Program-made: the position numbers and the translations under genes
In this document: positions 26,318 through 35,800 of the stretch, piece by piece
Numbering within the stretch: position 1 is the first letter of the stretch
Layout of the letters: each line of letters opens with the position of its first letter
The notes under the pieces: generated by a model
Told to the model about the DNA's origin: nothing
Database searches by the model: none
The model's input: the letters and a program-made list of their open reading frames with translations, nothing else
Sequence record: LR756504.1
DNA length: 64,000 nucleotides
Reading direction: 5' to 3' (one strand)

Positions 26318-27862
26318 TTACTTTTTTGGTATTGTGGGTGTTGGTGATGATGGTGTATTAGTATCAGAAATATACTGATCATAATCAGGATTCATTCGCC
26401 AATCTTCATAAATATAGACGCGGCCTCTACCCGCATTAAATATTCTTTCTAATTCGTTCCTACCTCTATGTCTTGCAGATTTGAGCGTGTATGTACAAGT
26501 AAATGTATTTGGAAAATCATTATATCCCAATTCTTTTCCCAATTCAAGTTTAGATGACTCTACAATTAAATCACCACATGATACAATAGGGTTTTTTGGA
26601 TTACCTATAGTAACATGCCATGTACCAGAAGGCATACCAGTATCATATGCTAATGCACCTTTTAACGATTCTCTATATGTACTTATAAATTGTTTTATTG
26701 CTTTATCAGTAACTTTAGATAAAGTACCCGATGGATTTTTTGCTATATTAGAAACATTAGCTATAATTTCATTTGATGTTTTTGTATAAGTATCTTTTAC
26801 CTTACTAAAAAATTCCTTCATAGCTTTTTCAAAATTTTCAAAATTTATTTGAAATTCACCATTAATTAAATTTGTAATTAATTCGTTATTAGTTAAAAAT
26901 TTAATAGGGTATTTAAACTCTGACACAGATGTGCCCATTCTTAAAGAATTTGAAATTAAATCTATTATAGCAATACCTGGATCAACATTATTGATATATC
27001 TCATTTCATATTCAAAGCTTAAACTTGGAAAAGATATGCTACTTACAATATTAGCTTTACCTGGACCAGTACTTCTTTTTTTAGAACCTGTAACTAAATT
27101 TGGATTACCTTCTATTGATCTTCCTAAAAATTCAACACCATCTATTCTAACAAAATCACCACCCAATGTATCTAATAATGCACCTAAAATAGAACTGTCG
27201 AAGTTATTACTGCCAGTTTTTATAGAATTTCCACCTTTTACATCTTTTTCAATTTGAGAGAATGCATCTGATATTGGACCACTATCTTCCCATCCTTCAT
27301 TAAATGTTAATGATAACGGTGTTTCATCTGGTTTTAACCATGTTATCATTGTAGCTAAAGGTTGAGTATATAAATAAGCATTTGAATTTGTATTACTATT
27401 CTTAACTTGAAAATCAAATAAATTATCTGGTACACCATTTTTAAATCTTCTTAGTATAATTAATCTATTATTAGGAAAATAGCCTATATTTCTACAATAC
27501 ACAAAATCTTGATACCTTAATTGAAGTGATGGATATTTTTCACTCCATTTTACTAAATGTTGAATAGACAACCCATCAGTTTCATCAATTTCCGTATCAC
27601 CTTCTACTGGTACATTTAATTGTGTTATCTTATTAGGTATAAATTTACCACTAGCATCTCTTTTAAAATCTTCCCATGGTTCATTTCTTACATATCTCGC
27701 ATAATCTATAATAGCATTTCTTTGGAATAATGATTTATTACCACTTAAATTTATAGTGCCTGATGATGAATTACCATTTCTAGATAAATTCTTTTTAATT
27801 TGGTCACCACTTAAATTATCATTAAAGTCAAATTTGCCTAAATCAGATAAACTATCAGCCAT
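26318..27862 (-). CDS. putative tail tube initiator / baseplate protein (gp48/gp54-like)
   Basis: WHVTIGNP...GDLIVESSKLELG...NDFPNTFTCTYTLK tube-like fold; late motif at 27882-27890. Confidence 0.45.
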   Translation of the reverse strand: MADSLSDLGKFDFNDNLSGDQIKKNLSRNGNSSSGTINLSGNKSLFQRNAIIDYARYVRNEPWEDFKRDASGKFIPNKITQLNVPVEGDTEIDETDGLSIQHLVKWSEKYPSLQLRYQDFVYCRNIGYFPNNRLIILRRFKNGVPDNLFDFQVKNSNTNSNAYLYTQPLATMITWLKPDETPLSLTFNEGWEDSGPISDAFSQIEKDVKGGNSIKTGSNNFDSSILGALLDTLGGDFVRIDGVEFLGRSIEGNPNLVTGSKKRSTGPGKANIVSSISFPSLSFEYEMRYINNVDPGIAIIDLISNSLRMGTSVSEFKYPIKFLTNNELITNLINGEFQINFENFEKAMKEFFSKVKDTYTKTSNEIIANVSNIAKNPSGTLSKVTDKAIKQFISTYRESLKGALAYDTGMPSGTWHVTIGNPKNPIVSCGDLIVESSKLELGKELGYNDFPNTFTCTYTLKSARHRGRNELERIFNAGRGRVYIYEDWRMNPDYDQYISDTNTPSSPTPTIPKK

Positions 27863-27894
27863 TTGTTTAAATACTTTTTTTTATATATTAAATA

Positions 27895-27922
27895 AAACAT
27901 TGATGTTAATTTTAGCTATAAT
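27895..27922 (+). promoter_or_regulatory. putative middle promoter AAAC-N18-TATAAT
   Basis: Upstream of ORF 27942. Confidence 0.45.
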
Positions 27923-27941
27923 AACAGAAAAATAGAATATC

Positions 27942-28199
27942 ATGAAAACATACGATGAAATGAACTCCTATATAGGGGAATTATGTGAATATAGTAAATC
28001 TCTATCGGATTTAACTATAGATGAATTAAATGAGTTCATTAACAACTTTACAATCTTAGAAAAAGGTGAGAAAATGCTTTTACTTGAAATGATTATAGAT
28101 AACATATCAGAAACAGAATTAAAAAATAAAACTTATTATACATTCCTTCAAAATGAAGAGATTGTGTCATTATTGAGAGAAATGTTGGATGAGTTGTAA
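27942..28199 (+). CDS. hypothetical acidic protein
   Basis: 85-aa ORF starting MKTYDE. Confidence 0.6.
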   Translation: MKTYDEMNSYIGELCEYSKSLSDLTIDELNEFINNFTILEKGEKMLLLEMIIDNISETELKNKTYYTFLQNEEIVSLLREMLDEL

Positions 28200-28216
28200 T
28201 GGTAAAATAAAAAAAA

Positions 28217-28618
28217 TCAATAATTCTTTATAATTTGAGAGTGAGAAAAAGAATCCAATTCTTCTAATACCGTATTTAACCAATTGGTCCCTACAAATTC
28301 TTCAAAAAATAAAAGTAAATTAAAATTTTGTTCTTCTGACAAAACATTCTTTAACTCTAAAAGTTTTATAACATCTAATTGAGGGTTATAAAAATTTGGA
28401 ATATAATAAACATCTTTCTTTTTTTCTTTGGCGAGTTGAATTTTCTTCCATATTAAAACTTTAAAAAAAGCAATCGCGTCAGAATCATCAACATTAATTT
28501 TTTCTTCTTCTAAAATTTTCTTAATGTCAATAACATACTTATTTCTTATTTTATTTACTTTAAAATACTTATCAATTTTCTTCCTTGTTTTAACAAAGCA
28601 TAAATAAAAAGACGACAT
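28217..28618 (-). CDS. hypothetical protein
   Basis: 133-aa ORF. Confidence 0.65.
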   Translation of the reverse strand: MSSFYLCFVKTRKKIDKYFKVNKIRNKYVIDIKKILEEEKINVDDSDAIAFFKVLIWKKIQLAKEKKKDVYYIPNFYNPQLDVIKLLELKNVLSEEQNFNLLLFFEEFVGTNWLNTVLEELDSFSHSQIIKNY

Positions 28619-28621
28619 ATA

Positions 28622-28780
28622 TTACTTTGTAATTATTTTTTTAAATACAGAAGTAATATCAATATTATAATTAATTTTCATACCGTATTTATCTTTAATT
28701 CTGTCCTTCGTAGCTATTTCTCCAAGATTTTTTTTATAACCAAATTGGAAAGATAGTACACAATTTTGTAATTTTAACAT
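28622..28780 (-). CDS. small hypothetical protein (52 aa; not in ORF track)
   Basis: MLKLQNCVLSFQFGYKKNLGEIATKDRIKDKYGMKINYNIDITSVFKKIITK fills the gap between 28618 and 28813. Confidence 0.5.
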   Translation of the reverse strand: MLKLQNCVLSFQFGYKKNLGEIATKDRIKDKYGMKINYNIDITSVFKKIITK

Positions 28781-28812
28781 ATGTTATATATCCGCAATTA
28801 TTGCGTCTCTGA

Positions 28813-29751
28813 CTATTTTATTAAAAATGTAAATGTGTTTTTTACTGGTATTGCATTAGATACTTTTTCTATTTCTATTGTTCTGTATCCCTCTTCAAAA
28901 CCTAAATCTAAAGGCAATTCTGTTTTACCAGCTTCTAAAGTAAATATTTTATTCTGCCCTTTTATACGTATTTCGATATTCTTTAATGATGGACTTCCTA
29001 TCTTAACCCGTAATGGATCAGGTAATAAAATTAACTCTGGTGCATAATTAGCTCTAGTTAAAGATTGTGTAAATAAAATATGCCCTTCAACACAAACATT
29101 GAAAGTTTTAGTATTTTCCCAAATATAAGGCAATTCTGTTTGTCCCTTTGATATTAAAAAATCATTGCTATTTACGGATATAACCAAATCATAATTACAT
29201 GGTTTATTAAGTCTCACACCATATGTCATTTTAGTCAATCTATTAGGGAATTTTTCATAATCAATAACCATATTAGAATATAAAACGCCATTTATTCTAA
29301 AATTAATAACTTTATAATCATTAATTAAATAATGAAAAATATGAGATGATACTGAACGGTTTACTTCTACAACTTTATTAATATCACCGTCTATAACAAT
29401 TTTATGTGTAGATTTAATATTGTTTATATTTAATTGTAATGTTATTACACCCTTTAAATAAGACAATATCGGGTATATTTCTACAAATTCTTTTTGTTTT
29501 AATTCTGTTGTTAACGATAGATTAAATATAATAGATTCATTTTTTTCTTTAACAAATATTTTATAATCTGTATTATCATCTATCACATTAATATCAAATT
29601 CTATTTGCTGATTTAATCTTACAAAAGATATCTCAGTCTTAGAATTATTAATTATCAAAAAGATTTTAATATTTTCTAATAAGGGGCTGTCCTTTAACAA
29701 ACATATATGATTTACACCATAATAAATATTAGAATTTTCTATACTCCACAT
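28813..29751 (-). CDS. hypothetical beta-rich protein, probably structural
   Basis: 312 aa; TAATATATA at 29772-29780. Confidence 0.55.
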   Translation of the reverse strand: MWSIENSNIYYGVNHICLLKDSPLLENIKIFLIINNSKTEISFVRLNQQIEFDINVIDDNTDYKIFVKEKNESIIFNLSLTTELKQKEFVEIYPILSYLKGVITLQLNINNIKSTHKIVIDGDINKVVEVNRSVSSHIFHYLINDYKVINFRINGVLYSNMVIDYEKFPNRLTKMTYGVRLNKPCNYDLVISVNSNDFLISKGQTELPYIWENTKTFNVCVEGHILFTQSLTRANYAPELILLPDPLRVKIGSPSLKNIEIRIKGQNKIFTLEAGKTELPLDLGFEEGYRTIEIEKVSNAIPVKNTFTFLIK

Positions 29752-29827
29752 TTAAAATTTGTTATTTAGAGTATATATTAAAAAAATAATTATTAATAGA
29801 AAAAAATGTCTTATATCATCTATTCTC

Positions 29828-32800
29828 TTATTCACCATAGATACCATTATCTACAACACCATTTAAGAATATACCACCTTTCCATAATCCATTTGAAAAT
29901 AATCCCATATCAAATATACCACCCAACCATGTTCCATTTGACCAATGTGAAACCACAAATGGGCCTTCTACATAACCTAAGTTAGTTAATGCTATTGATT
30001 CTTTAGTAAACGAAATTTCATTTACTAATGTATAATCATAACAAGAAGGAAGAGGTGTTGGTGATGGTGGTGAAACCGATGGCACTAAATTTGTTGTGAT
30101 TAGAATTGTATAATCATCAATTATATCTATAACTTCATGTTTTACTGGTTTAGTATTATACCCCAAATCTTCTGCTTTAGAATCAACAACATCTGTAATA
30201 ATTGGATTACCTATTATCGTAAAACTATTCTTTAATCCATTTATTGTTTTAAAGTAGTGTGGTTTCTTGAATTTTATTTCAATTGTTCCACCATATACTA
30301 AATAGAAAGATTCTATTTCCATATCAGATAACCAATAACCATTATACCATACGCCATTATTAAAACGTCCCATTTTCCAAATACCACCATAGAAATCACC
30401 TTTATCCCACACACCGTTATACCATGTAGAATTTGCATAATTAATGGATGCTATAGTTTTACCATTTACATCAATAGTTAATCCTGAATGGAATTCACCA
30501 CCTTTCCACCAACCATATTCCCATATTGCTTTATGTAATAAAGATGCTTTAGTACCAAATCTTGATTTAACTCTAACTGTTTGATCCCAAATACCATTTT
30601 CCCAAACACCATTTTCAAAATCTCCACCAAGCCATGTTCCATAATGCCATATAGACGGGAACATTGATTCTGAGAAAGTTCCTGATAACCATGTTCCTCC
30701 AAAAAATTCACCCCCCATAAATGTACCATTGTACCATGTACCATCAAGAAATTGACCATTGTACCATAATCCATCATATCTATTTCCTTTATTAAATGTA
30801 CCATTGTACCACGTGCCATTATAAAAATTACCTGAACCAAATAATCCTTTATACCAAATTGAATTTGATGCATCATCACCTGGTATAACTTCAATTAAGT
30901 TAAAATTATTAATTGTTCTATATGAATAAAAATCACCTTTTATCCATTCAATATTAAATGCTCTACCTGAATACCATGTACCATCTTCCCAAATTCCACA
31001 TAACCAATCACCTTGATACCAAACAAGTCCTTTATCATTTTCTCCAATAATAGCATTGCGCATATCAGCATTTAATATCCAGTAATATTTCTTCTCTAGT
31101 TGTTGTAATGTTAAACCATCGACTAAACGATAATTATACTTTTCAATGTCAATATTTTTTAATATTAATCTATTCGAATCAACACCTAAATTTTTAGGCT
31201 CTACTGATATTGCTTTCTTAAATATTTTATCAATACCTAATTCGTGTAAATCAACTGGGCGATAATATAAATTAGGATCAGTTTTCCAATCTATAATATT
31301 TATATTCCAATCGCTATCATTATCTAAATACACAACAGCAGATATATTATTTCTAATGTTAACATCATTTAAAATATATGGTGCGTATGCTGTAGCAGTC
31401 TTAGTTTGATTAAAATATGAATTATTAAAGAATTCTACACCATTTGTTCCACCATTTGGTAATGGGAACATTAAATCATCTGTAAATTCTAAGTCTTGAC
31501 TTATTTCTTTTAGTGTATTTCTAGTTCTTAAAGAAACTGTCGTAGATGAATCATGTAATTTATTTTCTAATTCATAATTAAAATGTAATACATATCTCTT
31601 TTTATCAGGATACTTAGAATAAGATATTATTTCTATTTTAGATAAATATGTTCTTCTAACTGATTTAGCACCTCTTACAATATCAATGAATGTACCTGGT
31701 ACAAAATTTAATGCATCTATTAAATCATTACCTATATAAATTTTATTACCTACAATAGTAAATTCTTTGAATTCATTTAGATTATTTCTTAATAAATTAT
31801 TATATGTGAAATTATGTGATGGCAAATTAAACGAGTAATTTTCATCGAATATTGGATTAATATTATTCAAGAATGATATTAAATCATACTTAGGACCATA
31901 CACGACATCTTCACTATAAGCTATAGGATAGATAGTTTCTGAACCATTAATACCAACTTTTAAATAAGATTCTAAATTGTAATATTTAGTTAAATCATTT
32001 ACAAATCCTTCGACATAAATATTATCAGATTTATTAACATCGAGTATATATGACTGTGCTAACAAATGTTCAGAAAATACTTCTTCTAAATGAAGTAAAT
32101 TACCATTAAAATAATTTAAGTTTTTTAATAATAATTTAGAGCCATAACGAGCATCTTCTATAATATCTTGTTCAAATAATGTCCATAAAGTTATCGTTTG
32201 ATTAACTACATTGTAATCTCTAACAATAAAATTATCACTCAATATTAATATACCACATTCAACTTGTATATCATTTAATGTTGATGTTGGTAATACATTT
32301 TCAGCTTCGTAATTATTAATAGTTAACAAAACAACATTCTTAATATAATCTATAAGTGTTAAAACATTTCTTGTTGATAAGCTATTTGTATTAATATTTA
32401 AATATCCTACTTTTAAGAATCCAATATCATTTATCTTAACGTGACTATCCATATTAAATTCATTATATGGTGTATTTATGTTTAATTGTATATCATAACC
32501 ATTTTGAATTGATAAAGATTTATCACTTTTTGTTAATGTTAGTTTAATAACATCCCCTTGTGTTGTAGCAAATGTAAATGAATCAAGTTGAATTTTAGTT
32601 GAATAACTTCTTTCGTGTAAGGCAGAACCATTATAAGAACCTGAAACAAATGTTTCACCACTTGTACTATTAACTAAATCATTTACAATTCTAAAGAAAT
32701 TAGTTCCATTAATAGTATTAGTTAAGAAGTTAGTTCCACTAGTACTTTCAGTAAATAATCCTTCATTAAATTCACCATTCCATAAATAATTATCTAAGTA

Positions 32801-35800
32801 TCCTGATGTTGAAGCTGCTGAAATTCTCTTGTTATATTTTATCCAAGGTTCTATTTTAGCGAATTTATCTAATCCACCGTCCAATACCCTACGATTCAAA
32901 TAGAAGTAATCTTGAAATGCTAAGAAGTTATTTTGATTATTGACTGTACCATAATCAGTAAATTCAATATAATCATCAGGTAAGAAATAATAACATGCAA
33001 GCAAACTCTTAGGAAAATATGTTTTAGGTACTTCAAAACCACCTTCTTCTAAATGAAGATTGATCTTTCTTCCTAAATAATAATCAAGGAATAATAACTT
33101 TGGTTGGAATATTTTATTTAAATTTTGTTCTTCAAATGCAGAATTATCTTCAACATAATATAATAAATCGCCATATCCAGATGTACTACTATCTACTTTG
33201 AATAAACTTTTTCTTATTGCATTTACTCTATCACCAACCGTAAATAAATAATTATTATTAATATCAATTTTATTTAAAGGTGAGTCATTTGTAAAGAATA
33301 AATCAATTTCTATATCATGTATATTACTATTAGTATCAACAACAATCCTATCATATTCAAAAGAATATATATTTTTATTACTTAAAATAAATGCTCGCTT
33401 CTCATTTGTTTCAAAATTTATATATGGTTTTATTTCTCTCCAATCTGTTAAATTGTTTGTTTTAAAGAAATTTAATGTAGGTTCTTTGTAATTTAATTTA
33501 GTAACCAATTCTAACTGTAATAACAAATCTCTATCGCCGCAAATTAAGAATTTATTATCCCCTAAATATTTAACATCATTTAATGTTTGTTGATATTGAT
33601 CAGCATCCATTGATGTTTTCATATCTAAATGAATAGAATTATTCAAATCGGAATCGAGTATTTGTTTATCTATTGTATTTAACTCCAATTTATTTAAAAT
33701 TTTATCAACACTCCAAATAAAATCTTTCCTTGTTAAATGTACCAAAGTTCCACCATTACCTAATAGTATAGCACTATTAGATGAATATATTAATACTTTT
33801 TGCCAATCTCTATTTTTTATTTCTTCTGGTAAAACAATTGATTCGAATGATTCACCGCCTGTAAAAGTAGCAAGAATAACACCACTATCACCTGATAGTA
33901 ATCCATTTTTATTTCCAAAAAATGATATAGAATTTAAATTTTGACTTACACCAGTTTCTTGAACTGCCCATGAAATACCATTATCAATACTTTTTATTAA
34001 AATACCATTCTTTCCAATCATCCATATAACACCTGACCAAGATGGAACTACATAGCCTTTATCTCTTAGTGAGTCTTCTATAAAAACTTCAATATCAGAA
34101 AAATCATTTTTATATAATAAATTTTGTAATTCTATTGACCAAGAAGTTGAACTATTATCTTTAAATAGTATTCCAGAATCTCCAATAATTAATCCATCAG
34201 TATCTTGTTCATATGTCAAACAATCTTCCCATAAATTGTAATCGTCTGATGTATTTTTCATAGATGATAAATATAATTTATTACTTCCACTTTGTGAAAG
34301 AATACTAATTTTAGTATTTGCATCTGATCCTGTAAATGAATCTATCGCTATAGGAGTTTTATTACTCGTCCATTTTTTAGTCCACGGTAAACAAGTCCAA
34401 GAAAATTTATTATCTCTTTGTAATTTAAACCATGTTATTGATTTATTTAATGGGTTTAATATTGTGATAAACTCTTCATTATTAACAGTATGGTATGTTA
34501 AATCAACATTATATGCTAACTTAAGCATAGTTGCATTACCTTTATTATCAATAAATCTTTTACTTGCTCCTGTAGTATTATTATATTGCCATAATTGAAT
34601 TTCATCGTAAATAGTAGAAACTAATATTAAAACTTTATTCTGTCTATTATAAATTCCGTGTATAGTTTTTAAATTTTTTGTCCATAAACTATTATTTAAA
34701 TCTAAATTTAAGTTATCTCTGTAAATATTTAATCCATCTATAATAAAGCTATTTGTACCATTAACTAAGTATTTATTACTTTTTAATGGATAAGTACCTA
34801 TGTAATCAAGAGTTTGTAATCCCGATGTAGTATTTAAATATTCATCTGATAATAAATGTATATTACCATTAATATCCAATAAGTAAATATTTAGTAAATA
34901 ATTTGAAATATCGGAAATTGTTCCTTGACTTTTACCGTAAATAGTTTTTATTTGTGCTATATTGTTATTAAATAATGACGATGTTGAATTACTACCATTA
35001 TTGTAAATATTATCATCACTATTATATAAATATGGAAGACTATTAACTACAGTAAAATCTTCTATAGTGCCAGTTCCATTATGGAAAATATTTGTTGATG
35101 AATATGTAGTATTAAATTTAAATATTTTATTGTTTTCTAGAAAATATAAATCATAATTCTCTAAATAAATTGATTTTATATTATTAGATGTGCTATAAAT
35201 TTTATAAATTTTTTCATCATTTAAATCAATTCTATAAATAACATCTTTTATACCATTAGTACCACTAGCAGAATCATTTTCTAATACAAATAAATTATTA
35301 GAAAATTCTTGTATTTGTGATACGCTTTGTATAGTAGGTAATATGGCATCCCTATTTAAACCACCAAAAAAAATATTGTTTGTGGTAGTATTAGATATTG
35401 TTTCAAGATGATATGAATTTTTATCATCTAATTTCCAATATCCCTTTAAATTAGAATAAATAACATCCGTTGGATTTATAGTTTTACCCATTCTCGAATT
35501 TAACTGTGATGGATTTAATTCTTTATCCCATATTCTAAATTGAGATATATCACCTCTATAATTAGGGAATTTAAAATCAGATTTGCCTATAAGACAAGTA
35601 TCAAGTATTAAATTTTTAATTGATAATGGTGTTTTAAATGAATTTTTTTGATCTACTATAGTACCAACTAAAACTGGTGAAATTTCATTTTCTTCTTTAA
35701 AATATAATTTACCTGTTGCTTTATTGGCTGTATATTGCCAAGTAAATGCAACACTTAATGATACATTTTCTCTAATTACTCTATTCGCTTTTAATTTAAT